Origin: Candidatus Palauibacter polyketidifaciens | GTDB taxonomy: Bacteria; Gemmatimonadota; Gemmatimonadetes; Palauibacterales; Palauibacteraceae | Assembly: GCF_947581785.1 (NCBI RefSeq) | Contig: NZ_CANPVO010000036.1 | Location: forward strand, 15,490-79,489 | Direction of reading: 5' to 3' | DNA: 64,000 nt | In this document: positions 19,120-28,476 of the stretch, piece after piece | Position numbering within the stretch: the first letter of the stretch is position 1 | Layout of the letters: each line of letters opens with the position of its first letter | Notes under the pieces: model-generated | Told to the model about the DNA's origin: nothing | The model's database searches: none | The model's input: only the letters and a program-made list of their open reading frames with translations | Made by a program: the position numbers and the translations under genes

Positions 19120-20913
19120 TCAGCCCGCCGGTGCCGAAGCCGTCAACTGCGCCAGCACGCGTCGCACCGCCCGGGCCGCCTCGTGGAACCCGTTCGCCAC
19201 GTGGTTCGCCTCGCGACGCACTTCGTTCACGAGGAAGGGCAGCATGTCGGCGCCGGCTTCCGCGAGGCCCGGCAACTCGGCCACCCGGGCCAGCCGCGGG
19301 ATCGGTGTCCTGGGCAACGCCGGGTCGTGGTCGAACGGCCCTCCCTCCGCGTAGCCGATCGGCACCAGGATCCGCGACAACTCGAGGAACAACTCGTTCA
19401 CGGCTCCGACCGCCGCCGCATCCGGCAGACTCCGCCCGAGCACGGCGTACAGGTCGTTCAGCGCGGCTCCCAGCGCTTCGAGTTCGGCACGGAGCGCGCC
19501 GAGGTCGAGCAGGCCCCCGGCCGCCTCCACGTAACCGTCGATGAATCCCGCGAGTTCCGAGACGGTCTCGCGGAAGTCGTACGGCAGGATGCGCGAGTTG
19601 AGCACCCGCGCGATCGAGGCGACGTAGACGCCCAGGTCGCGCTCGAGGTTCTCCCGTTCGGCGACGGCCATGACGTCGTCCTCGGTGTGCCACGCGATGT
19701 TGCCTCCGCAGCCGCCCGTGGCGTAGAAGCCGAGCGCCGCGCGCTCGTCCGCCGGGATGTTCGAGAGCAGCATGTAGAACGAGGTGAGCCCGATCTGGTT
19801 GAAGGAATAGTCGCCGGCCCGCAGCGGCCGCAGCCGTTTCGCGGTCTTCCCCGTGACGTCCGCGATCGCACGCGCGCAGAGCGGCCCCGCCTCCGCCATC
19901 CACATCACGTCGTCGTACTCCGTCGCATGCCAGCAGCCCGGCGAGTCGATGTTGATCGCGCCCACGCAACGCCGGCGGAGTTCCAGCGCGTGCGTGTCGG
20001 CATACCAGGTGGAGCCGCCGTAGCGCCCGGTGGAGTGCGCCGGCCACCAGGCGATCCGTAGCGAGCGCTGCAGCCGCCCCGCCTCTGCATGGAAGATCCG
20101 GGCGAGTTCCAGCAGCGTCGCATCGCCGACCGCGTTGTCGCCGATCCCTACATCCCACGAGTCGTAGTGTCCGTGCACGAGCATGAACTTCTCCGACGCG
20201 CCGGCGATGTGCGCGACGGGCAGCTTGCACGGGTACCAGCCTTCCTCCAGTCGAACTTCCAGCCGGACGGACTCGCCCACCGCCTCCTTCAGTCGCTCTC
20301 CGTCGGGGTTGTTGACCGCGACCACGGGTGTCCGGGGCTTCGTGGCAAGGTTCGCGGTCGTCGGTGTGCCCCAGATCGACGTGCAGATCCCCCAGTGGAT
20401 GTTCCCTCCCGGGTTGATGAAGACCTGCCCCGCCGCCCCCGCCGCCTCGAAGGCGGAAACCATGCCCGGCATCGCGAATCCCTCGCTGAGCACGATCTTG
20501 CCGGCCATGTCCGGCAGGTCGTCGCCGAGCCGCCTCGCGAACAGGTCTCGCTGCCCCGTCGCCGCCGCGGCCGGAACGAAGACGAGTTCTCCTTCGAGCC
20601 CGCCCTCCGCCGTCGGCACCGCGAAGGACGGCGGTTTGGCCCGTATCGACCCGCCGTTCCACTCCACCGAGGACTCGCGGGGCAGCGAGAGGTAGAGATC
20701 GGGCTCGTGCATCTCGAACGGCACGCCCATCCGGCTCAGTTCGGCGGCGATGTACTCGGCCGCGACGTGTTCGTCGTCGCTCCCGGACTCGCGCACGAGC
20801 GTCGAGAAGCGTTCGAGGAGGGACCACCCGGCATCGAAGGAAACGGCGCGCAGGAGGTCGGGTTCAAGGGCGTCGGGGCCCGTGGCGAGCCCCGCCGGAA
20901 TCATATTGTTCAA
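19120..20913 (-). CDS. M28-family aminopeptidase with PA domain.
   Basis: 597 aa. HGHYDSWDVGIGDNAVGDATLLELARIF is the M28 zinc-site signature. PA-domain insert present. Confidence 0.85.
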   Translation of the reverse strand: MNNMIPAGLATGPDALEPDLLRAVSFDAGWSLLERFSTLVRESGSDDEHVAAEYIAAELSRMGVPFEMHEPDLYLSLPRESSVEWNGGSIRAKPPSFAVPTAEGGLEGELVFVPAAAATGQRDLFARRLGDDLPDMAGKIVLSEGFAMPGMVSAFEAAGAAGQVFINPGGNIHWGICTSIWGTPTTANLATKPRTPVVAVNNPDGERLKEAVGESVRLEVRLEEGWYPCKLPVAHIAGASEKFMLVHGHYDSWDVGIGDNAVGDATLLELARIFHAEAGRLQRSLRIAWWPAHSTGRYGGSTWYADTHALELRRRCVGAINIDSPGCWHATEYDDVMWMAEAGPLCARAIADVTGKTAKRLRPLRAGDYSFNQIGLTSFYMLLSNIPADERAALGFYATGGCGGNIAWHTEDDVMAVAERENLERDLGVYVASIARVLNSRILPYDFRETVSELAGFIDGYVEAAGGLLDLGALRAELEALGAALNDLYAVLGRSLPDAAAVGAVNELFLELSRILVPIGYAEGGPFDHDPALPRTPIPRLARVAELPGLAEAGADMLPFLVNEVRREANHVANGFHEAARAVRRVLAQLTASAPAG

Positions 20914-20919
20914 TGGTCG

Positions 20920-21399
20920 CTAGCTCCGGGGAAGGACGGTGAGGGTGGCCTCGATGGCGTGAGGCTCCACCGTGGTGAGTGTGGCAATGACGCGGTAGAC
21001 GCCGGCCGGCAGCCCGGCTTCGATCCTCCCGGTCCAGCGCAGCGAGGCGCCGGGTTCGAGCGTCTCGCGTCCCAGCACCTGGGCGAAGAACCTGCCCTCC
21101 GCCCAGTGCCAGACGACGGCCCCATCCTCCGAGATCACCTCGAAGTCGTAGCGCTGGCCGTCGGGGAAATCGAGGATGAGCGTGGCCGGTCCGTCGTTCG
21201 TGCCCGTCAGTTCGAGGACGACGGGCGTGGCGGCCTCCGGCGACGCTTCGCCGGTCGACAGCGACAGTCGCAACTCCCGGCCGGACTCCCCTGCCGCGGG
21301 TCCCTCCGCCGATCCGGAAGCGCACGCGAAGGCCGCCAGCGCGAGCGGCAATACCGCTGGAGCCACCGCGCGCACCGACGCGTTCACGCGGGGGCTCAC
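20920..21399 (-). CDS. BsuPI-like intracellular proteinase inhibitor domain lipoprotein (PF12690).
   Basis: GTG start. Lipobox LAAFAC. Domain LELTGTNDGPATLILDFPDGQRYDFEVISEDGAVVWHWAEGRFFAQVLGRETLEPGASLRW matches the BsuPI pattern (T-N-x-S/D...YDF.V...G..VWRWSDGRMFTQ). The stop is 6 bp from the M28 start. Confidence 0.65.
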   Translation of the reverse strand: MSPRVNASVRAVAPAVLPLALAAFACASGSAEGPAAGESGRELRLSLSTGEASPEAATPVVLELTGTNDGPATLILDFPDGQRYDFEVISEDGAVVWHWAEGRFFAQVLGRETLEPGASLRWTGRIEAGLPAGVYRVIATLTTVEPHAIEATLTVLPRS

Positions 21400-21851
21400 A
21401 CGAGCAACTCGTAGTGGTCGGTACCGTCGAGCGCCCAGCCCAGCTCTTCGTACAGTCTCTTGGCGGGCGCGTTGTGGGTCTCGGTCTCCAGGATGAGGCC
21501 CTTGGCGCCGGTCTCGATCGCGAGTGCCCGCGCGCGGTCCATGAGGGCGCGCGCGACCCCGGACCGACGGGCGTCCGGCGCGACGAAGAGGTCGTTGAGG
21601 ATCCAGAGCCGTCTCAGCGATACGGAGGAGAAGGACGGGAAGAGTTGCACGAACCCCAGGGGCCATCCGTCCTCGGTCTCCGCCACGAAGACGCGCGATT
21701 CGCCGGCTCCGAGACGTGCGGCCAGGAACCGGCGGGCCCCCTCCGGATCCGCCGACTGGCGGTAGAACTGCCGGTACCCGTCGAACAGGGGCGCGAGGCG
21801 GTCGACATCTTCGAGACCCGCTTCCCTGACGACCACGGTCACTTCGGACAC
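21396..21851 (-). CDS. GNAT-family N-acetyltransferase.
   Basis: 151 aa. ...RLWILNDLFVAPDARRSGVARALMDRARALAIETGAKGLILETETHN is the acetyl-CoA-binding motif. It overlaps the inhibitor start by 4 bp. Confidence 0.8.
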   Translation of the reverse strand: MSEVTVVVREAGLEDVDRLAPLFDGYRQFYRQSADPEGARRFLAARLGAGESRVFVAETEDGWPLGFVQLFPSFSSVSLRRLWILNDLFVAPDARRSGVARALMDRARALAIETGAKGLILETETHNAPAKRLYEELGWALDGTDHYELLV

Positions 21852-21882
21852 GGCGGACGCGAAGTCCGGGTCGGGCGCGCCG

Positions 21883-23094
21883 TCAGTCGGCGACGCTCAC
21901 CCCCTCGTACGTGTGGATCCCGTCCGCGTTCGCCACCGTCATGCGCGGCGGGGTATCGCGGAAGGGCATCCAGGCGCAGCCATGGTCCCCGTCCTTGTTG
22001 ATCGCGACGAACTTCTCAGACGGGATGAACTCCGGATTCACGTTCCGGTACTTGTGGCGGATCATCGCCACGGCGTCCTCGCAGGCCTCCTGCGGCGTGC
22101 GCCCCGCGCCCATCCGCGAGACGATGAAATACCCCGCGCACGACTTGATCACGTCCTCGCCCCGTCCGGTCACCGCGGCGGCGCCGATGTCGTTGTCCAC
22201 GTACAGGCCCGCGCCGATGATCGGCGAGTCGCCCACGCGGCCGGGAACCTTCCAGGCGAGTCCGCTCGTCGTCGTGATGCCCGAGACGTTCCCCTGCGCG
22301 TCGACCGCGAGCACGTTCGTCGTTCCGTAGCGGTGGATGAGGGCCTCGGCCAGCACGTAGTCGCGGTCGGGGCCGTCCCGGCCGGGCAGGTCGAGCAGTT
22401 CGGCCCACTCCTCGGCCTCGCGCCTCACGGCGTCCTCGCCGGATCCGGCGCGGGAGAGTCCGCCGCCGTCGGAGCCGCCGTCGGAGCCGCCGCGCGGGCG
22501 CCGCAGGTGGTCCGGGGGACCCCAATCGTCCGTGTCGGACAGACCCTCGCGCCAGCGGAGCCAGATCTCCCGCGACTTCGGCGTCATCAGATCCTGAACC
22601 TCGAAGCCGAAGCCGATCGCAAATTCCTGCGCGTACTTGCCGACGAGCATCACGTGATCCGTGCGCTCCATCACGAGCCTGGCCACCGAGGCGGGAGTGC
22701 GGATGCCCTCGATCCCGGCGACCGAGCCAGCGTTGTAGGTGGCTCCGTCCATCACGGACGCGTCGAGCTGCACGACGCCGTCGGCGTTGGGCAGGCCGCC
22801 CCAGCCGACGCTCGTCCCGTCCGGGTCGAGTTCGATGATGTTCGCGCCGCGCTCGACGGCGTCCATCGCCGCGCCGCCGCCCGACAGGATCTGCCACGCC
22901 GCGGTGGCGGCCCGGCGTCCCGTGTCGTTCGTATGGCTCGTGATCATCATCGGCGTCATCGCTCGCCCGCTCGACGCCAGCGCCGGCCGTCCCTCGCGGA
23001 CCGAAGCGCGCGCGGGCACGGCACCTGCAACCGCCGCCGCGGCACCCAGGCTCAATCCCCGACCGATGAAACCACGACGATTCATCTCCGACAT
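21883..23094 (-). CDS. N4-(beta-N-acetylglucosaminyl)-L-asparaginase / isoaspartyl peptidase family Ntn-hydrolase (PF01112), TAT-secreted.
   Basis: TAT signal MSEMNRRGFIGRGLSLGAAAAVAGAVPARA. DTGRRAATAAW..., autoproteolysis/nucleophile region NVSGITTTSGLAWKVPGRVGDSPIIGAGLYVD. Confidence 0.85.
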   Translation of the reverse strand: MSEMNRRGFIGRGLSLGAAAAVAGAVPARASVREGRPALASSGRAMTPMMITSHTNDTGRRAATAAWQILSGGGAAMDAVERGANIIELDPDGTSVGWGGLPNADGVVQLDASVMDGATYNAGSVAGIEGIRTPASVARLVMERTDHVMLVGKYAQEFAIGFGFEVQDLMTPKSREIWLRWREGLSDTDDWGPPDHLRRPRGGSDGGSDGGGLSRAGSGEDAVRREAEEWAELLDLPGRDGPDRDYVLAEALIHRYGTTNVLAVDAQGNVSGITTTSGLAWKVPGRVGDSPIIGAGLYVDNDIGAAAVTGRGEDVIKSCAGYFIVSRMGAGRTPQEACEDAVAMIRHKYRNVNPEFIPSEKFVAINKDGDHGCAWMPFRDTPPRMTVANADGIHTYEGVSVAD

Positions 23095-23474
23095 CTCGAC
23101 CCCCGTAGGCTGGTGTGAGTCTTCCTGGCACTCAAACTGTCGCGACAGCGGTGCCTCCCGCCAGCGTTCGAGCGGGTGCCCGGCACACGTCCGCGCCGAG
23201 GGAGCGGAGGCTCTCGTCTACGGGTCGTCGCCGACACGGGAGAGCGGCTCCCCGTCGAGTCCCGCGCCGGGGCCGGCCGGGACGCCCAGGTGGTCGTGTC
23301 CGGGGATGGCGAGCACGCCCCTCCGCCCCAGCGCGATCGAGCAGACCAGCGGCAGCAGCAGGGCGGCCGGGACCTCGCGTGACCGCGCCCGCATTCGAGT
23401 CGTCATGAGGTCGGCCATGGGAACGAAGGGTCAATAACTGGCGGCAGACCCGCAAGCGTCGAAGATTGGATGCC

Positions 23475-23942
23475 ATGAACAGAATCGCACCGGTCGTCCT
23501 CACCGTACTGCTCGCCGGGTGCTCCACGGCCCCCGTCTCCTTCCAGGGCGTCGCGCCGTCCGAGCTGGAAACGGCCTACCAATGCGCGGTCGCGCAGCTG
23601 AACCTGATGGATTATACGATCGAGGACGGCAACCTCGAGGCCGGGTTCGTGCGCGGTCGCCGGCAGACTTCCGGCGTCGTACAGGAACTCATCACCGGGG
23701 CCGCCCATCACGACGTGCTCACGGCGAGCGTGTTCGACAATCCCGCGACGGGCAACACGCACATCAGGGTCGTCGCCTCGAGGGTCGCGGACCACGACAT
23801 CGGCCTGATCGCCGGGCTCGACGACGACGAGGAGCAGGGCCAGAACCAGCTCGGCCCCTCCGACTCCGGCAAGGCGGACGCGCAGCGTCTGCTCACCAAC
23901 TGCGGCGTGGTCGCGTCGACCGGAGGATCGGCGCCTCGGTGA
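23475..23942 (+). CDS. Hypothetical lipoprotein.
   Basis: ATG at 23475. MNRIAPVVLTVLLAGCS lipobox. 155 aa with an acidic, low-complexity tail. Confidence 0.6.
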   Translation: MNRIAPVVLTVLLAGCSTAPVSFQGVAPSELETAYQCAVAQLNLMDYTIEDGNLEAGFVRGRRQTSGVVQELITGAAHHDVLTASVFDNPATGNTHIRVVASRVADHDIGLIAGLDDDEEQGQNQLGPSDSGKADAQRLLTNCGVVASTGGSAPR

Positions 23943-24643
23943 TCCGCTTCGCCGTACGCACAACCCTCTTCGTCTGCCTCTCCCTACCGGCCACGCCGCC
24001 GGCCCGCGCCCAGTCCGAGTTAACCCTTCGGCTGGCGCCCGAGGCGAGCTGGCTCTCGGCGGAACACTCCAAGCGTGTGACGGCGGGCGGCGGGTCGAGC
24101 GAGAGCGCCACGACGGCCTCGGGTCCGACGTTCGCGGTCAACCCTTCTCTAGGGCTCCGCACACACGTCCTCGGCGGCGTGCTCGCGGGGGTGGAGTTCG
24201 AGGGGGTTCTCGCCAATCGGGGGATGATCGAGGGCACGATCGAGCCCACGCCGAACGGCGAACCACACGACGTGTGGCCCGGCGAGTGGGACCTCCGCGA
24301 CCGGTTCGGAGTCGGCGTCAACCTGCTCCTCGGCCTCGGTTCCGCAGACCGATCGACACAGGGCTATGTGTTCGGCGGGATCCGTCGGATGTGGAGCGAA
24401 TTCGCGACGAGCGGCGTCAACCCGGCAGACGGCGAACGCGGAGAGCGGCGAGAGCAACGCAGCCGACGCCCGGCGACGGTCGGCGTCGGGTTGCTGCTCG
24501 ACCGCGGCTGGAGCGTAGATGTGCGCATCGGCTACTCGCGTTCCCTCACGGAGTGGACGGTAGAGATACCCGGCGTCCTCCTCGACTACGGGTACTCCGC
24601 CAGCGCCGTCACGCTCTCCGTCGGGGTGGCCCCGCCCCACTGA
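23939..24643 (+). CDS. Putative outer-membrane beta-barrel protein.
   Basis: GTG overlapping the upstream stop (GTGA). Signal IRFAVRTTLFVCLSLPATPPARAQS. Alternating amphipathic strands (GVGVNLLLGLG, GYVFGGIRRMW, VDVRIGYSRSL, VTLSVGV). The upstream 140 codons of the listed ORF are shadow. Confidence 0.55.
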   Translation: MIRFAVRTTLFVCLSLPATPPARAQSELTLRLAPEASWLSAEHSKRVTAGGGSSESATTASGPTFAVNPSLGLRTHVLGGVLAGVEFEGVLANRGMIEGTIEPTPNGEPHDVWPGEWDLRDRFGVGVNLLLGLGSADRSTQGYVFGGIRRMWSEFATSGVNPADGERGERREQRSRRPATVGVGLLLDRGWSVDVRIGYSRSLTEWTVEIPGVLLDYGYSASAVTLSVGVAPPH

Positions 24644-24683
24644 CCCGGCCCGCGTCCCGCCTCACCGAACTTCGACATCCCGA

Positions 24684-26300
24684 TCAGTCTTTCAGGAGGT
24701 CCAGCGCGACTTCTCTCGCCTGATCCATGGTCTCGACGACATGCTCCGCGGGCAGCCTGGCGAGGATGTCGAGCGTGAGCAGCGTCTTCTCGACGGAGCC
24801 GGACACCGCCATCACGATGACGTGCGTGCGGCTCTTTGCGGCGACATCCAGGAGTTGCCGAATGAGCATGGCGGCGCTGTCGTCCAGGTACGTGGCGTCG
24901 GAGAAGTCGAAGATGACGATTTCGTGGTCCTTGATATCCTTCCCGATCACGTTCACCAGCTTGTGGGACGACGCGACGGTGAACGCCCCGCGGAGCGCGA
25001 CGAGGCCTACGCGCGCCGAATAGTCGTCCATCGTGGCCGTATCCTCGACACCCTCGAAGAACACCCGGTCCAGCAGCGGCACCGAGAGCACGTTGTCGAG
25101 TTCGAGGCTCTCGATCTGCCGCGCGTGCGCCATGCCCGCGACGATGAGCCCGATGGCCACGGCCGTCACGAGGTCGACGAACACCGTGAGGGCGAGCGTC
25201 AGCACCAGCACGAAGAGGTGGTCGCGCCGAATGCGGTGAAGGTGGGCCAGGAGGGGCCAGTCGATGATGTCCCACCCGACCTTGATCAGGATGCCGGCGA
25301 GCACGGCATGGGGGATCGGTTCCAGGAACCGGCCCAGGCCCAGCAGGACGCCCAGCAGCAGGATCGCACGGAGGGCGCCGGACATCCGCGTGAGACCGCC
25401 GGCGCGGATGTTGACGACCGTCCCCATCGTGGCCCCCGCCCCGGGCAATCCCCCGAACAGGCCCGCAATCGTGTTGCCGAGGCCCTGGCCGACGAGTTCG
25501 CGGTTCGAGTCGTGCTGCGTACCGGTCAGCGAATCCGCCACGAGCGACGTGAGCAGGCTGTCGACGGAGCCGAGGAGGGCGAGAACGAGCGCCGGATGGA
25601 AGGCGCGGGCGAGGAAGCTGGCGGAGGGCAGACTCAGCTGCAGTTCCGGCAGACCGGCGGGGATCGCGCCGATGATCGGCGCGTCGGTCAGCCAGAACAC
25701 GCCCAGCGCGGTTCCCGCGATCAGGGCGACGAGAGGACCGGGGAGCAGCCGGGAAAGCCGCTGCGGCCAGAAGATGCTCACCGCGAGTGTCGCCGCGCCG
25801 ATGGCGAACGCACTGCCGTTCAGGTTCGCCAGCGCTTCCGGGACCGCCCGCACCGCGGCCATGGGGCCGCCCTCCGCCGCGGGCGCGCCGAGGAAGGGCA
25901 GGATCTGGATCAGCATGACGATGACGCCGATCCCCGACATGAACCCGGAGATCACGGCGTAAGGCGTGTACACGACGAACCGGCCCGTCCTCAACAGGCC
26001 CAGCGCGATCTGCAGAAGCCCGGCCAGCACGACCACCGTGAAAGCTTCGCCCAGCGTCGAAGCGTGCGTCGTGACGATGACCGACATGGCGACGGTCATG
26101 GCCGGCGTGGGACCCGATATCTGGAACCGGTTGCCGCCGAATACGGAGGCGAAGAAGCCGACCGCGATCGCGCCGTACAGGCCAGCCTCGGCTCCGAGGC
26201 CCGAGGCCACGCCGAAGGCCAGCGAGACCGGGAGCGCGATGACGGCCGACGTGACGCCGCCGAAAACGTCGCCGCGGAAGGTCTTCAGATCGTAGTTCAC
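24684..26300 (-). CDS. SulP-family sulfate/anion permease with C-terminal STAS domain.
   Basis: 538 aa. FRGDVFGGVTSAVIALPVSLAFGVASG, QISGPTPAM, and a STAS-like C-terminus. Confidence 0.9.
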   Translation of the reverse strand: MNYDLKTFRGDVFGGVTSAVIALPVSLAFGVASGLGAEAGLYGAIAVGFFASVFGGNRFQISGPTPAMTVAMSVIVTTHASTLGEAFTVVVLAGLLQIALGLLRTGRFVVYTPYAVISGFMSGIGVIVMLIQILPFLGAPAAEGGPMAAVRAVPEALANLNGSAFAIGAATLAVSIFWPQRLSRLLPGPLVALIAGTALGVFWLTDAPIIGAIPAGLPELQLSLPSASFLARAFHPALVLALLGSVDSLLTSLVADSLTGTQHDSNRELVGQGLGNTIAGLFGGLPGAGATMGTVVNIRAGGLTRMSGALRAILLLGVLLGLGRFLEPIPHAVLAGILIKVGWDIIDWPLLAHLHRIRRDHLFVLVLTLALTVFVDLVTAVAIGLIVAGMAHARQIESLELDNVLSVPLLDRVFFEGVEDTATMDDYSARVGLVALRGAFTVASSHKLVNVIGKDIKDHEIVIFDFSDATYLDDSAAMLIRQLLDVAAKSRTHVIVMAVSGSVEKTLLTLDILARLPAEHVVETMDQAREVALDLLKD

Positions 26301-26383
26301 TGACTGAGCCGTTCCGGCATCCTCACCTCCCTCCTCGGTGCCCTACTCTGGACGGCGCTGCGTCCCCCGGCAACTCTTGGAGG

Positions 26384-27733
26384 ATGAGCACGCCGCGCGA
26401 ACGCTGGGGGAGCCCGCTGGGCTTCATCCTCGCCACCACCGGGTTTTCGGTGGGGCTCGGCAACATCTGGAGGTTCCCCTACCTAGCGGGCGAGAACGGG
26501 GGAGGCGCGTTCCTCCTCATCTACATCCTGCTTGCGGTCCTGATCGGAATCCCGCTCTTCACCGCCGAGATCAGCCTCGGGCGGAGGGCGCAGGCGACGC
26601 CGCTGGCCGGGATGCGAAAGCTCGCGGGACCAAGCCCCTTCCGCGCGATCGGCTGGCTCGGCGCGGGCGCCGCATTCCTCATCATGTCCTACTACCAACT
26701 CATCATGGGCTGGATCGCCGCCTATTTCGTCCGCGCGTTCCGTGGAGGCTACGATGCCGGAAGCGTGCAGGCCGCGGCGGAGTCGTTCGCGGCCTTCACC
26801 GCGCGCCCCGGGGAGGTTCTCGCATACACGATTCCCGTAATGCTGTTGGCGGGACTCATCATCACCCGCGGGTTGCGGCGGGGGATCGAGCGCGCGGCAC
26901 GACTCCTGATTCCCATCCTCTTCTTCTTCCTCATCGGACTCGGAATAGTCTCGCTCCAGTTGGACGGGGCGTGGGAGGGCGTTCGCTGGTATCTGGCGCC
27001 CGACTTCTCGGCCATCGGTCCCGAGACGTGGCTCGCGGCGCTCGGGCAGGCCTTCTATTCCATCGGGGTCGGGATGATGGGGGCCTTCGTGTTCGGGAGC
27101 TTTCTGCATCCGCGCCGGAGCGACGTCCCCGGGAGCGCCGCCTCCATCGTGGCCTGCGACACGCTCGCCGCCGTCCTTGCCGGGTTCGTCATGTTCCCCG
27201 CCCTCTTCGCCTTCGGCATGGAGCCCGACCAGGGCGCGGGCCTCCTCTTCATCACGATGGCGGGGCTCTTCGGCCGTTTGCCGGCGGGCGAGGTGGCCGC
27301 CGCGTTCTTCTTCTTCTTCGTGTTCATTGCGGGACTCACGTCGTGCCTCGCGCTGCTCGAAGCTCTCACGGCGAGCGCCATGGACTCGCTGGGCTGGAGC
27401 CGCCGGCGATCGCTCTGGGTCGTGCTCGGCGTCACCATCCTCGCGGGGGTCCCGCTCGCGCTCGGCGGCGGGCCATGGGCCGCGGTACAGGTTGGAGGCC
27501 GCGGGCTGTTCGAACTCGCCGACTACGTATCGGGGAACATCTTCCTCACGGTGAGCGGGCTCACGATCTCCCTCTACGTCGCGACCGTCTGGGGGTTCGA
27601 ACGCTTCCGCACGGAAACGAACGCCGGCGCGGGCCGCTTCCGCGTGACGGCGGCCTGGGGCCCGGTCATGCGCTTCCTCGTCCCGGTCGCCGTGGGTCTC
27701 GTCGTCCTCGCGGGACTCGGCCTTCTGAGCTAG
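26384..27733 (+). CDS. Sodium-dependent transporter of the SNF/NSS (neurotransmitter:sodium symporter) family.
   Basis: RWGSPLGFILATTGFSVGLGNIWRFPYLAGENGGGAFLLIY is the canonical NSS N-terminal motif. 449 aa, 11-12 TM. Confidence 0.9.
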   Translation: MSTPRERWGSPLGFILATTGFSVGLGNIWRFPYLAGENGGGAFLLIYILLAVLIGIPLFTAEISLGRRAQATPLAGMRKLAGPSPFRAIGWLGAGAAFLIMSYYQLIMGWIAAYFVRAFRGGYDAGSVQAAAESFAAFTARPGEVLAYTIPVMLLAGLIITRGLRRGIERAARLLIPILFFFLIGLGIVSLQLDGAWEGVRWYLAPDFSAIGPETWLAALGQAFYSIGVGMMGAFVFGSFLHPRRSDVPGSAASIVACDTLAAVLAGFVMFPALFAFGMEPDQGAGLLFITMAGLFGRLPAGEVAAAFFFFFVFIAGLTSCLALLEALTASAMDSLGWSRRRSLWVVLGVTILAGVPLALGGGPWAAVQVGGRGLFELADYVSGNIFLTVSGLTISLYVATVWGFERFRTETNAGAGRFRVTAAWGPVMRFLVPVAVGLVVLAGLGLLS

Positions 27734-27780
27734 CGGCAAACCTCCAGCTGCGTGCGGGCGGCGATCGCGAGACCGCTCGA

Positions 27781-28476
27781 TCAGGGCTGGAGGCGGGTGA
27801 CCTCCCAATGGTCGTCGGCTTCGCGGCCCCCGTCGAGGCTCCGGGCGCGCGGCGTGTATTCGAGGCGGTCGTGCAGCCGGTTGGCGCGGCCCTGCCAGAA
27901 CTCGAAGCGATCCGGAACCAGGCGATAACCGCCCCAGAAGTCGGGGAGCGGGACATCCCTCCCCCTGAAACGGGACTCCGCCTCCACCACCTGGGCTTCG
28001 AGCGCCGCGCGATCGGCGATCGGCCGGCTCTGCGCCGACGCCCACGCGCCGATCCGGCTCCCGCGGTCGCGCGTCGCGAAGTACGCCGTCGAGTCTTCCG
28101 CGGAGAGACGCTCGACACGTCCTTCAACGCGTACCTGCCGCTCGAGCACCGACCAGTGGAAGCAGAGCGACGCCCGCGGATTGTCGTCCAGTTCCGCGGC
28201 TTTGCGGCTGCCGAAGTTGGTGAAGAAACGGAAGCCGGCGGGGCCGACTCCCTTCAGGAGGACCATCCGCACCGAAGGCCGGCCGTCAGCGGTCGCCGTG
28301 GCGAGCGCCATCGATTCAGGCAGGAGCAATCCCGAGGCCTCGGCATCCCGGAACCAGTCGCTGAACAAATCATAGGGGTCCTCCGCCGCCTCGAGTACCG
28401 GTAGGCCGTGCGTCACGCCCTTGGTGAGCGTGCGGATCGCCCGCAGGTGGGCGCGAAGATCGTCGAGTTTGCTCAT
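27781..28476 (-). CDS. pdxH: Pyridoxamine 5'-phosphate oxidase.
   Basis: MSKLDDLRAHLRAIRTL...RMVLLKG...FRFFTNFGSRKAAEL...SLCFHW...RVEG. The C-terminal WEVTRLQP is typical of PdxH. ATG at 28476 overlaps the upstream stop (ATGA). Confidence 0.85.
   Translation of the reverse strand: MSKLDDLRAHLRAIRTLTKGVTHGLPVLEAAEDPYDLFSDWFRDAEASGLLLPESMALATATADGRPSVRMVLLKGVGPAGFRFFTNFGSRKAAELDDNPRASLCFHWSVLERQVRVEGRVERLSAEDSTAYFATRDRGSRIGAWASAQSRPIADRAALEAQVVEAESRFRGRDVPLPDFWGGYRLVPDRFEFWQGRANRLHDRLEYTPRARSLDGGREADDHWEVTRLQP

Noticed and set aside
19115-20827. N-terminal 570 codons of the 806-aa ORF 18407-20827.
   Set aside because: It overlaps the well-supported M28 peptidase in another frame and is Arg-rich. 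Only the last 235 codons (after the M28 stop, with their own signal peptide and TM anchor) were kept as a gene.
22016-23131. 371-aa minus-strand ORF (GRRR-rich) co-linear with the glycosylasparaginase gene.
   Set aside because: It is an alternative frame of a real gene with no domain content. The glycosylasparaginase frame has a TAT signal and the Ntn-hydrolase nucleophile motif.
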